From Lama glama (taxonomy: Eukaryota), in the NCBI GenBank assembly GCA_028534125.1, contig CM052816.1, positions 26,476,001-26,539,500 on the forward strand: DNA of 63,500 nucleotides, read 5' to 3'. The notes under the pieces are model-generated. The model was not told where the DNA came from. It was given only the letters and a program-made list of their open reading frames with translations, and made no database searches. A program made the position numbers and the translations under genes. Shown here in pieces: positions 1 through 11,900 of the stretch (positions are counted from its first letter, which is position 1; every line of letters starts with the position of its first letter).

Positions 1-700
1 CTCCTTGGTTAGATTTATTCCTAAGTATTTTATTACTTTGGGTGCTATTTTAAAGGGGATTGTTTCTTTACTTTCTTTTTCTGTTGAGTCTTGTTAGTGT
101 AAAGAAATGCCACTGATTTTTGTACGTTTATCTTATAACCTGCTACCTTGCTGAATTCTTCGATTAGTTCTAGTAGTTTTTGTGTGGAACTTTTAGGGTT
201 TTCTATATGTAGTGTCATGTTGTCGGCATATAGTGACACTCTCACCTCTTTTCCAATTTGGATCCCTTTTATTTTTCTCTCTTGCCTGATTGCTGTGGCT
301 AGGACTTCTAAGACTATGTTGAATAGGAGTGGTGAGAGTGGGCAGGCTTGCATTGTCCCAGATTTTAGTGGGAAGCTTTTGAGTTTTTCACCGTTGAGTA
401 CTATGTTGGCTGTAGGTTTGTCACATATAGCTTTTATGATGTTGAGATATGTTCCCTCTATACCCACTGTGGTGAGAGTTTTTATCATAAATGGGTATTG
501 AATTTTATCAAATGCTTTTTCTGCATCTATTGAGATGACCATGTGATTTTTGTCCTTTCTCTTGTTAATGTGATGTATTACATTGATTGATTTGCATATG
601 TTGAACCACCCTTGTGTCCCTGGGATGAACCCTACTTGATCATGATGTATCATCTTTTTTATGTGCTAGGATTCTATTTGCTAATATTTTGGTAAGGATT
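1..700 (-). mobile_element. Young LINE-1, 5'-truncated, ORF2 reverse-transcriptase region (continues beyond window start)
   Basis: ORF 45..653(-) reads [46 protein letters not shown], which are L1 RT motifs. Closely similar to 30825-31520(+). Similarity stops at 700, next to a TT/AAAA endonuclease-type site (701-716, minus strand). Confidence 0.97.
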
Positions 701-1655
701 CTTGGAAAGTTTTTAATTACTAATTCTGTTTTATTATTGGTAATTGTTCTGTTCATACTTTTTGATTTCTTCCCTTTTCAATCTTGGGATATTGTGCCTT
801 TCTAAGAATTTGTCCATTTCTTCTAGATTGCCCATTTTATTTGTGTATAGTTGCTTATAGTAGCCTCTTATGATCCTTTGTATGCCTGTGGCATTGATTG
901 TAAATTCTCCTTCTTCATTTCTGATTTTATTGATATGGCCCACCCCCCTTTTTTCATGAAGAGTCTGGCTAAAGGTTTATCAATTTTGTTTATCTTTTCA
1001 GAGAATCAGCTTTTAGTTTCATTTATCTTTTCTGTTGTTTTTTAGGCTCTATTTCATTTATTTCTGCTCTAATCTTTATGATTTCTCTCTTTCTACTAAC
1101 TTTGGGCTTTGTTCTTTTTTCTCAAGCTGCTTTAAGTGTAAGGTTATGTTGTTTATTTGAGATTTTTCTTGTTTCCTGGGGTAAGCTTGTATCTCTGTAA
1201 ACTTCCCTCTTACAAGTGCTTTTGCTGCATCCTGTAGGTTTTGGATCATTGTGTTTTCATTTTGATTTGTCTCTAAATATTTATTTTAATTTCTTCTTTG
1301 ATTTATTCAGTGATCCATTGGTTGTTTAATAGCATATTGTTTAGCCTCCACCCGTGTGTGTTTTTTGCATTTTTTTTCCTGTAGTTGATTTCTAATATCA
1401 TAGCATTGTGGTTGGATAAGATGCTAGATATGACATCAGTTTTCTTACATTCACTGAAGCTTGCTTTGTGGCCCAGTATGTAATCTATCTGGAGAATGTT
1501 CCATGTGCACTTGAGAAGAGTGTGTATCCTTCCACTTTCAGATAGAATGCGCTATCAATATCAGTTAAGTCCATCTGGTCTAATGTGTCATTTAAGGCCT
1601 GTGTTTCCTTATGATTTTCTGTCTGGATGATCTTTCCATTGATGTAAGTGGGGTT
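701..1655 (-). mobile_element. Older LINE-1 ORF2 fragment (endonuclease C-terminus to linker), host of the young L1
   Basis: Minus ORFs give TQALNDTLDQMDLTDI..YTLFSSAHGTFSR and [31 protein letters not shown]; many frameshifts. Confidence 0.93.
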
Positions 1656-2074
1656 CACATATGTTTTTAATGATTTTAAGATCAACCCTATCTATTTTTG
1701 TTAGTTGAAAATGACTTTTATCAGCTGAGGGGAGTGCTGAACTTTTGTTGCTTTTGATGTATTCATATTTCTCCTTTTTAAAGTTACTATTACCCCTGAT
1801 ACTGAATATATATTTAGACTTGCGAGCACAGACAATCATACTGTCAGCTAGCTAGGGATCTTTGAAGTCATCTAGTCCTAACTGTAACCCATTTCTCTTT
1901 ATGTAAAAGTATAAGTTTGTAAGATCTAAGGGATTTGCGATCTACACAGTGAAATTTACTAATAGATTTTGGTGTTTATTTTATACATATGTGGGCCATT
2001 ATTTCCTCTTTCTCATACATCATCAGTGTTTCCCTTTCTTCTACATCATTTTCGTCAATATACTGTACTGTACT

Positions 2075-3060
2075 GTAATATATCCCATCTTAAGAATATC
2101 CCTGCCCAGACCCCTTTCCAGTTACTTCCCTGGTTTTCTTCTCATTTTGACAGTAAAACTCCTATAAGACATAGGGCCTTGCTGGCTTCTTTCCTCTCAT
2201 TCTGTTTTGAATTTCCTCCCATAAGGCTTTAGTCCTCATCACTGCACTGATCTCTTGTCAAGATCACTGTTGACTTTCATAGAGCCAAATCCAATGGTCT
2301 TTTTTTTTTATCTATTCTTACTTTCTGCATCAGCAGCAGTCACATAACCCAAAATTTGTCTGCTTCTCATCTCTTCTGTTGCCAGCACCACAGTCTAAGC
2401 CACAATCATTTTGTCTAGGTGATTGTAATAGTCCCCTATTCTTTCTGCTACCAACCCTGTCCCCTGAGTCATTCTACACACAGCATAGTCATGCTCTGAA
2501 AACCTTTGTCAGATCATGATACGCCTCTGTCCACAGTGCTCAGAGTGCTCGCGGTGTCTTTCCAGGTGCTACACAATCTACCCAGCGTATACCCATAGAT
2601 CATCTCATAGAGCACCCCACCTTTCTGCCCTCGTGCCCTACCACTTTTCCCTAACGAGACACATTGACTCCTCTGCTTTTCTGAGAACTCACCCCAGGGC
2701 CTTTGTGCTTGTTGTTTTCTCTGTTTGCAGTGCTCTTTTCCAGCATATTCACAGGGCCTACCCCTTCACTCCCTTCAGATCTCTGCTTAGATGGCCCCTT
2801 ACTTATGAGACCTTTCCTGAGCCCCTTGTACAAAACAGTGCCCTCCCCCACCCCACTCCCAATTTTCTCCATAAAAGTTACCCTCATCAGGCATTCAGAG
2901 AGAGAGTTACCTGTTTCTTTATCTGACTTTTCCCACTGGAATATAAGCTCCATGAGGATATGGACTTTGCTGTGTTAATTCCTATATCCACATGGCCTAG
3001 AACTATACCTGCACATAGGAGGTACCTGATGTATGTTTATTGAGTGAATAAGTTGATGAA
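2075..3060 (+). mobile_element. LINE-2 (L2a-like) fragments including 3' end
   Basis: ccaaatccaatggtc RT-region motif and a typical L2 3' end (ccactggaatataagctccatgagg...gcacatagg...tgtttattgagtgaat). Confidence 0.85.
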
Positions 3061-3372
3061 TTTGATAGCTAAACATACTAGATAAACTATCTATCTCCTC
3101 CTCCGCTTATGCTGTGGTTTGCTGGTGAGTTAGGATAAGCTACCCTCAGTCCTTCTCAGGTATTTCTCTATGATGCCTTCTACTCCTCAGTTGAGAGGTT
3201 TTTGCAGCAAATTATTGTGGAACCCTTCTTATTTTGTAAACTGGACTTTTCTACCTCCTAATCATGCTGGTTGTTATTTCTATCCCACTAAAGGGCACAA
3301 AGCACAATGTATTTTACAGTATTTATCAACAAAGTGCATTTAAGTGAGTTAGGTCAAAGTGGGAAAAGAAGA

Positions 3373-3415
3373 ATGTGTGTGTGTGCGTGTGTGTGTGTGC
3401 ATGTGCGTGTGTGCA
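3373..3415. repeat. Imperfect (TG)n microsatellite / alternating purine-pyrimidine tract
   Basis: atgtgtgtgtgtgcgtgtgtgtgtgtgcatgtgcgtgtgtgca. Confidence 0.95.
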
Positions 3416-4261
3416 AGTGTTATGTGTTTAATGTTTTTATCAGAAAATTTGTTTTATCTTTGACCTTAACTAACCTTCCTTAATATCTGAGGCAATTCTT
3501 CTGTTTAGTAAAACTAATTTATATCAAATGTGCTTTTCTATGTTGTGTTTGTTAAACAAGAAGTTGTACAACAATGGTCTCTTCACATGCTGCACTTCTC
3601 CCAAATGAGCAGAAAAGGTATTACCACACTATCAAAGAAAGAGAGTGTGAAGTATTATAAACTTGAAATACAATTTTGAGAAGTATAAAGACAGTGCATC
3701 TCATTAGGCCTATTTTTTAAAGTAAGAATATAGGACATCCATATCCCACGTTGATTTCAGCATCACAGAACTAGGCTGATTGGAGTTCAACCCATTTACA
3801 GTTTATAATGAAATGCAATTGTGGCTTTTCTTTTAATTTCCAACTGGCAAGTAGTAATCTTACCATTGACATCAATGGAGGAAAAAAAAACAGTATCTTC
3901 ACTTGGCAAGAAGCATTTATGGCTGTATATAATGCAGATAAGTTTGTTTGAGAATGTAGACAGCTTCCTAGACAATCACTAGAGATAGAACCTTAATTTA
4001 ACCCCAAGCCTGAAGCATTTCCTCTGGGATGTGGATGACTGATAACATAGTGGAGGGCAGACAAAGTATAGATTTATTGAGAAATGGACATTGCAAGCAG
4101 GGGGTGTTAAATTTCTTCCTCTAAATCATTGTTTAAAAGGACAAGCTTAGATTCCTGCTTCAGGGTGAAAACCGTAAGTGCTGGAAGAGAGAGAAATTTT
4201 TTAAATCACAGGTAGTTGACATTTTCGACATTTCATTTCAAAAGATAAGCGATGTACTTAC

Positions 4262-4338
4262 CTCTAGCTCATCTTGCAATAAGATGGCATGACTGCAGTT
4301 GCTTGTAATATCCTCTACACAGGATACCTCAGTGATTC
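4262..4338 (-). other. Candidate 77-nt internal exon (unidentified transcript)
   Basis: Minus strand: ttttctttaaattag | 77 nt | GAG/gtaagt. Only one open frame (GITEVSCVEDITSNCSHAILLQDELE). No homology recognised. Confidence 0.25.
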
Positions 4339-6019
4339 CTAATTTAAAGAAAATGAGTCCTTTACTGACAGCTTAATAATCTTTCCTGTGGGAACAACAG
4401 AAAAAAACTGTTCATGGCACTAATGAGCATCATATAATAACCAGATTCTTTAAATGGTGAAGTAAATAGATCTTTATTAACAAAGAGTATGTATTATGTG
4501 TTTCTATAGCACAGTCTTCAAGAATAACCTTTTAACAAAGTGAATAAATAAACCATAATGGGTTTCTTGCCCTTTCCTAAGCAAAATATTAAGAAGTTCT
4601 GCAAGGGCAGAGGTTAAGTAACTCCTTTATTTACTAACAATGAAGTTAATTGTGTGAAACCTAATTCTACCAGGTTGGGAAAAGAATTTTGCTTTTAACT
4701 AACACTTGGCCCTCACAGCAATTTTTAAAAAACGTATTAGAATTCTTCAAATAAAGCTTACCCTTATCTTCTCCTATAGTTGTAACTAATTCACAATTGC
4801 AAGCAAAACACTGGCTATATTCCACTTAAAATGGCCAGCTAAGAACAGTAAATAACTATTCTTTATGGGGGCTGCTCAGAGTAGTGCTTTCAATATCCAT
4901 TAATAGTAAATATTCCTTATTATCCCTTTCATCAAGTTGAACAAACCAAGTGGCAGAGTTCTATGGCTAATTATAAAATAGCCTACATTATAGAAGAATT
5001 AAAAACAGCAAATGAATCATCTGGAGAGCTGCCATGGTTTTCCTAACATTCCACAGACACTAAACGTGAATTTTAATATATAATTTTAATTACACAGTTC
5101 TTCCCAGAGCACTCGCCTCATCACTTAGGCAGCATGTGCATGTGTTTCTTTTACCTTGATTACGAAGTCAAACCATTTTAGCTGAAATTAAAAGTATCTG
5201 TATATTTATAGAGAAAACAGAGGGCTGTGTTTTGATAAGGCCTCTGGAGGAGGAGGGAACCACGTAACCCTGTAAGGAGAGGAAGGCTGCCTGGTCTCCG
5301 TATCAGACACTGGCTAACGGAATCCTAAGAGAGTATGTTACATGAGCCAGTGGGCCGAAGCAACCTTTAACATGCAGGAAACTGGAGTTAATTAAACCGT
5401 TACCAGGATCCTATCTGTCATCCTCGCTGTGTGCTCTCTCCCAAGTCCATTTACATTTTCAAATTGAAAAAAAAAAAGATGTTCTCAGGACTGTTGATAA
5501 ACCATGTTTACTGTCTCTATTGATTTGCTACTTTTGCATAACCTTTATGTTTTAATTATCTTATAGTATTTCTTGAAGGCTCTTGTGTAGCAGTCATGAT
5601 CTGATTAGACTTTACTGGCAATTACTAGACACTCAGAGTACACCTTTTAATGGATTAATCTGCTTCGGAGTTATTAGATGACTGCAGGAGTGAAACTGCT
5701 AAGACAAAAATAATGTTACATTCTACAAGGGCTATTTTCAAACCTCAGTTGTGCTTGCTGTGGAGGAGACAGCCTCGGATTATTGTCCTGCTTTATTCAG
5801 TGGAAGGCCTAAGAGGGGATTTTGTAGTTAGTATGTCAGAAAAAGCATACACCAGGTGGCTATCTATGGATAATTAAGACAACAGATTCAACACCTGGTG
5901 AGCTTGCATTCTATGCAAGACCTGAGGCCAGATCTTTTTCTAATATATTTTTATTGAATGAAATCTTAATATAACTTAAATGAAAATTGCACAGTATGTG
6001 CTTATTCATTTTACTAACA

Positions 6020-6220
6020 TTCAGTGCTTACAAGGTTTCAGGCTCTGTACTAAGAATTAATTACATGGACCATCTCATGATCATGGGGTCATAATAGCCC
6101 ATTTTACACAAGAAGAAACAGAGGCACAGAGAAGTTCAGGAATTTGCCTTACATCACAGCCTCCAAATGGATTTGTAACTTAGGGTGTCTGATTCCACAA
6201 CTCTCTAGCTTAACCACTGG
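6020..6220 (-). mobile_element. MIR SINE
   Basis: Reverse-complement MIR core: ccccattttacacaagaagaaacagaggcacagagaagtt...cttaaccact. Confidence 0.88.
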
Positions 6221-6357
6221 GTGATACCCAATGGGCTGTATTTCAGTAGTGGAGCCTGCAGGTCACTAAAAGAAGAATGATCAGGCCATGGTATGCTTTT
6301 AACATTTTAATATCCAAATACTGGCCCAGAGCTTTAATTTGAAAACCCAACTGTGAC

Positions 6358-6850
6358 TATTACTGAGTTGAAACTCGTTCTGCTCACTGCATAACAGGCC
6401 AAAAAATCAGGAGATGAAGTGTTGGGGCAAGGAATAACAACTTTATTCGGAAACTCTGCAGACCAAGAAGATGGGGAACTCATGTCCTAGAGAATTATCT
6501 TCCCCAAGTCAGAATTCAGGCTTCTTTTATACTGAAAAGGGGAGAGGGTGTGGTTGGCTGTTGCAGACTTCTTAAGTCAGTCTTGCAGCTGTCCATGTGG
6601 GTCAGATCATGGTGTCTCTGTAAACCTCCAACAAGACAAATGTTATTCTCTGTCCTGTAATTTTATCTCTATATGAATGGGAAAGTGTTATATCCTTAAA
6701 GGTCAGAGCCTTGAGAATGGGCTGTCCTGTGTATTTCAGGCTATAGGCAACATTCTTTTACAAAAGGTGCAGAACCAGCATGACTCAGCACAGGGTTAGA
6801 GCCAAAGGAACAGATCTAATGTGGAGTCAGATTTGTTCTTCCCTATCACA
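6358..6850 (-). mobile_element. ERV1-class solo LTR (~490 bp)
   Basis: Termini TA(TG)..CA, near-TSD tgac/tgag. Minus strand has TATA-like agtataaaag (~6530) followed by AATAAA (~6445). Confidence 0.8.
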
Positions 6851-7041
6851 TGAGAGCTGTTTGTAAAATTCAGGTTTATAATATTAATATTAAATATTAT
6901 ATTATAAAATGTAATATTAATTATAATTAAAAGATTCGAGTTTATGTGTACATATGCTATTTCAAAGAGCTCTGACCATTATAAATGGACTTCCACCAGG
7001 AGATAGAACAAGGAAAACAGGAAAAGAATCAAATTACTTAC

Positions 7042-7056
7042 CTGCTGCTTGCTCTT
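7042..7056 (-). other. Candidate 15-nt microexon AAGAGCAAGCAGCAG
   Basis: Minus strand: atttttttgctctag | aagagcaagcagcag | gtaagt. Consensus donor, length divisible by 3, UGC in the pyrimidine tract. Confidence 0.35.
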
Positions 7057-7094
7057 CTAGAGCAAAAAAATATGATCCCAAATTTGCAGTTTCA

Positions 7095-7210
7095 GGGGGA
7101 GGGTATAGCTCAAGTGGTAGAGTGCATGCTTAGCATGCATGAGGTCCTGGGTTCAATCCCCAGTACCTCTTCTAAAATAAATACGTAAATAAGTAAGTAA
7201 GTAAATAAAT
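7095..7210 (+). mobile_element. tRNA-derived SINE (vic-1-like, camelid)
   Basis: A box tagctcaagtgg, B box ggttcaatccc, (TAAA/TAAG)n tail. TSD ccaaatttgcagtttca (7078-7094) / ccaaatttgctgttttca (7211-7228). Confidence 0.95.
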
Positions 7211-7564
7211 CCAAATTTGCTGTTTTCAGCACTATTTAGCCTTAAAGATGAATGTTAACGTCAAGAAACTTACGTGCTTGTTCTCACAATGTCTGTTGTT
7301 GTTAAAAGGAACCTGGTAACATTTTCCCTCAGCACTCCAGAGGCAATCCCGAGTTCCAATTCCATTCATTTATTTCAGTTGTGAATGTGAGGGAAGGAAA
7401 CCTGTAATCTTTCTAGCACAAGTCAGGGAGTCAGAGCCACTAAGGTTCTGGTCCCATGTAGGATCAGACACTTCAAGCTCAGTAAGTGATATAAGCTGCT
7501 GATCACCCACTCTCCCATCCATCCGTCCTTCCGTCTTATATTTAGTAAGCAAAGCAGGAAAGCG

Positions 7565-7790
7565 TAGGATATCAGAGCACAGATTCTGAAGCCAGGCTTC
7601 CTTCACTCTCAGAGGTTCTGCCTCAACTAGCTATATGACCTTGGGCCAGTCAGCCACTCTGAGCTTGGTTTCTCCATCTGTAAACTGGGGGTAATATATA
7701 TTGAAGTTAACTTATGGTGAGGGTTATGTGAATTGCCATAGGTAAAGAACTCAGAAGAGTGGCCCATACACAGTGAGCAAACTATTAGTA
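7565..7790 (+). mobile_element. MIR SINE
   Basis: ctagctatatgaccttgggccagtc...tttctccatctgtaaactggggg MIR core. Confidence 0.88.
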
Positions 7791-8387
7791 GAACACTGTC
7801 CTGGGGCACTGTGCTAGGGCCTTCGATAACATTCCATCCATATGGTAGTGTAACTTTGATCTACTTAGTGATTTGCTGGAAAGCTAACAATGATCAGAGC
7901 GAGATACGATCCTTGCTCTCCCACTGTCACATCCTTTTAAAAATTTCCCCAGTACTTAGACCCCAAGGGGAACATGGCTGAAAACAGGAATAGTCCTAGG
8001 TGAAACAGTAGCGCACTTCCCAAGCCCCCCAGGGTCACTCTGAACGTGATGTTCATGTGCCCCCCCACCTGGTCAATGCCCACTATGGCAGCAGCCAGTC
8101 TTGTGGGCTCGTTGCTCAGGACCCTTCAAGGTACCATGAGGCTTCAGCTGGAAACTTTTGCAGGACCTGCCCATTATCCCAGGAAAACACCTACCTCTTT
8201 TGCCACGCTCATGGACTGCAGGCACAAAAACAGGGATCCTTTCCCCAGCCCTTAATAGTGGTTTGCCCAAAAAGGTAAAAAGAGACATCCATTTTTAAAA
8301 TGAACATATCTCATTCTTTTGAAACAGTGAAGACAAGAAGAAAATAACCTCCCGTTACTCTCAAACGCAGCGAAAACAGACAGGTAG

Positions 8388-8963
8388 TGTAGAGTAGGGA
8401 AAAAATCTTTTCCTCTACTCATTTTAGATTCTCTGGCTGCAGCCCTGTAAATTAAATTGACAAAAGGCAGATTAACAGGAGAAAAACGGAAGTTTATTTG
8501 CGTATATATCACACAGACACATGGGAGTACCAGTGATGAGTAACTCCAAACGGTAGTTAGAACTGGGGCTTATATAGCATGTTAACAACAGTAATAATAC
8601 TCATAATGAATGTTTAGAGAAGTGAGAACACAAAAGAAAAGGAGTTACAGTTTTGAGGGTCAGCACATTGTGGGAGGCAAAATATATGGGGAAAACTAAT
8701 GGCAAATGAGAGCTGGTTTTAACAAAGCTTTTTCTGTAGAGTCGTCTGGTACTGTCTCTGGGCTGATGATGGTCTGGAGTTGTCTCTGGTAACTAGTTTC
8801 TGTACTTCCTGGTAAAGAGAGGAGTGGAGATACTTTTACAAATTTTGGTCATGCTTTTAGGCAAGTAGAGGGAAGGCAGAGAGCTTTTCTTATATCTGCT
8901 TCTTCTCAATTGCCTTCAGATTAAAATGATCCTTATGTCAGTGGCACATTCTGCTACCCTTCA
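8388..8963 (-). mobile_element. MER34-like ERV1 solo LTR (576 bp)
   Basis: TG...CA termini and a perfect 4-bp TSD GTAG (8384-8387, 8964-8967). Minus-strand start tgaagggtagcagaatgtgccac...aaggcaattgagaagaagcagatataagaaaagctctctgcc resembles the MER34 family. Confidence 0.9.
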
Positions 8964-11900
8964 GTAGTTACTTCCTGCTTCTTCCTCCAAAAGCAAATTG
9001 TTTAGCTCTATCCTTACAACAGCCACGATTCAGGATGAACAAGAGAAAGCCTGGACCATGGTGCTTCAGTGCCAGCTCTGAATACCTATAGATTCAGCGG
9101 TGCACGTTCTTTAGCCCCCAGCCTCCCTTAGGAATTCCGAGACAAGGCTCCAATTCCCTTTCTTCCTGGCCTGCCTGTGGCCCAGATCCCCCTCCTTGGA
9201 ACGCAGTGCCCATCTTCGTTTCTGGAAGTTGCTACCACCAGCAGATTATAGGCCATCCCACCCATCTCCTCCCTCTGTGTTTAATCCCTTGTTGGCCCCT
9301 GTAGGGCATGATGTAATCACGTGTTTGTTTTATGAGGGTACTGGGGTTTTTCACAATGATTTAGGTGGCAGGTGGAAATTTTTTTATCTTATAGTTTAAT
9401 AGTTGAGTACTTAATTTTTTTAATATATTGTAAAACAGCTTATTAAAACTACAACTTCATAGGTGTTTTTGCTTTGAATAAGTTCCCTCCCCCCAAAAAA
9501 TAAGTTAAACTTACACTAGAAAAAGAAAATAAACATGTATAGGTGATGTATGAGGACAGTACACAAATGAATGACACTGGAGGCTATTGTCCTACCCTGA
9601 CTATATGGCTGATTAAAGGTTATGGCGAAGAATAAGAGGATTATTCTGCCTTTTCTATAACTGAAGAAAGTAATTAGTGAAAGGAAGTGAATTCTAATGC
9701 ACAAATGTGAACATTAAATATTAGCTGTTTCATTAAAAGCTTCAACGAACACTAATGAAATGATACAAATACGTGGCTAATGTTTCTGCGGACTTCTTGT
9801 TTCGCTTGGTTATGTTTTGTTTTCACTTTTAGAGGGGAATGATTTGTTGCAAGTGTTCAGCCCACCAGGTTGTGGTCTGTCACACAGGCCCGAGACTCTG
9901 CAAGCTAAGGAACCACGTGGCAGGACCCAGGAGCAAATGTGCCTGTGAACAGACATGTGAACACTGGAGGGTTCTCCTCAGTGCTTTACTCATTAGGCTT
10001 ACCCCCTGCCCCTGCTGACAGTTAGTTGAAATCTGTTTTTTTCCAGACAGGTGAGAAGAGAAAGATAACCTTGGTAGATGGGGTAAATTTGCATTTGCAA
10101 TCAGTTTGTGTTTCTTGTTAGGCATTTGATTCTAACTATATGTTACATACTAGAAGAGGAAAAAAATCATCTCAAAGGAGATGTAAATCTCTAGTAGTTG
10201 AGGTAAGGACAAAGACTAAAGCCATCTTTTCAGGCTTTCCTTTCAGATAATTCTTTAAAGGCAGCCTTTGAAGAGCTAGACGAAAAGGGGACACTCTCCT
10301 TAGATTACTTTGCCTCTTTTTAGTTATTTTGAGTTAGGACTGAATAAGAGAAGTGAATAAGCTGTCAGAGCTGGGCTTTTGAGCTATTCTGTTTATGACA
10401 AGGATGGCCAGTGCTGTCCCCAGGTCCACCGTACCTCAACTTGGATGCAGCCCAGGGGCAGTGAGCCAGGTGGCATCACACAGTAAATACAGCACCTCTT
10501 CCTGAAGCTCAGATTTGCTTTGCTTGTTTGTAAGTCATTTTAGATCATTTTTATATCAAAGCAAACCTGAATATACACTGGAATTGAAAATACTCAAGAG
10601 TTTTGAAAGAAACCACCACATCTGAAAGAAATCCTGAGCTTCTACCATTCCCTTTGGGGTAAACCCCTCCCAGTCCCCTAGGAGGGCACATAACCCTCCC
10701 CTCTCCTCTCCCTTCACAAGGACCTGGGTGGAATACTGTAAGGAGCCCTTCCTGTCTCCACTGCTTCCACCCGTTCTCATCTGTGTGATTCCTTGTCAGT
10801 GCTTCCGACTCCTTGCAGCCTTGTGCGTTTTGCTTTAAATTTGGGAAGTCCACAAAGCTATCGTCAGCATCTGCAAGGACATACATCTAATAAATCTTTC
10901 TTGGAGCTTTCTCTCCACCCCATGTTAATGCTCAGATATTAGCTCTTTCTACTTCAAGATGAATTTAATTCTCTTTAGTCCCCCACAGGCTCACTTACAT
11001 TGTACACTTTTACCATAGAATGAAAGCCTTTGCCTCATTTAAAGGGAGTCTGGCTTCCACAGGCGAGAGAGGGCCCACTGCTGTGAGGCCCCCTTGCACA
11101 CACGGCCCCTTGGGTGCCGCCTCCTCCAAGACCGTAGAACATGATTGTAAAGGAAACCTCACTGTCAGGCAGCAAGCTTAAATTTGGAATTCTGTCCTGC
11201 TTTCCCTAGATAGATACAGTCTCCTTGACTATCCAGCTCTCCTCTCTGCCCATCTCTCACCCCTTGGGCTGAAGTAACTAGCGTGGATGAATTGGACTAG
11301 TTCTAGTTCGTGCCCCCGCACAACTTGTGAGGTCCATTAAATACTCATTTTCTGCTCCTGGGGTGATCATTACTGCTCCAGATCAGAACTGTTCTCATGC
11401 ACTTCAAGTCAGTATTTCTCAGCTTAATTTATCATGTGTTCTTTCAGGTAGGTAATCATATAGCTGCCAGTCTGTATACATGCCAGGGTCTCCCATCCTC
11501 TGCCATGAAGGATGATTGCTTAGCAGTGAGGAAACTGGAAGACACTCCTTTTATCTGTAACTGTACACATGAATTAGATGCTTAGCACACATTAATGGTT
11601 TTAAAAACATCTCTTTGTAATGTCATCTGTCATGGTGTCTTCATCACTATGCCAACTGGAATGACATTAGTGTTGTCTCTGATAGGAGAGTTGAAAACAG
11701 TAACAAAAAGAAACCATATTTATTTACATCTTGTTTCCATAGCGGTCAGGAGCAGGAAATAGTTTGGGTATATTACCTAGCAAGTTGTGAACACAAAGAC
11801 ATCAGACCTTGTTATGTATTTGTCTGTTCTGGTGGAAACGTGGTTACACGGAACAACTTTCCCTTGGCTGTTTTGGGCCCAGGCTCAGAGGCAGTGCCAC

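Noticed and set aside
7095..7170. tRNA-Ala-like genes (also 23458-23540 and 38778-38850)
   Set aside because: A-rich tails, target-site duplications and no proper acceptor stem or T-run terminator indicate tRNA-derived SINEs, not tRNA genes.
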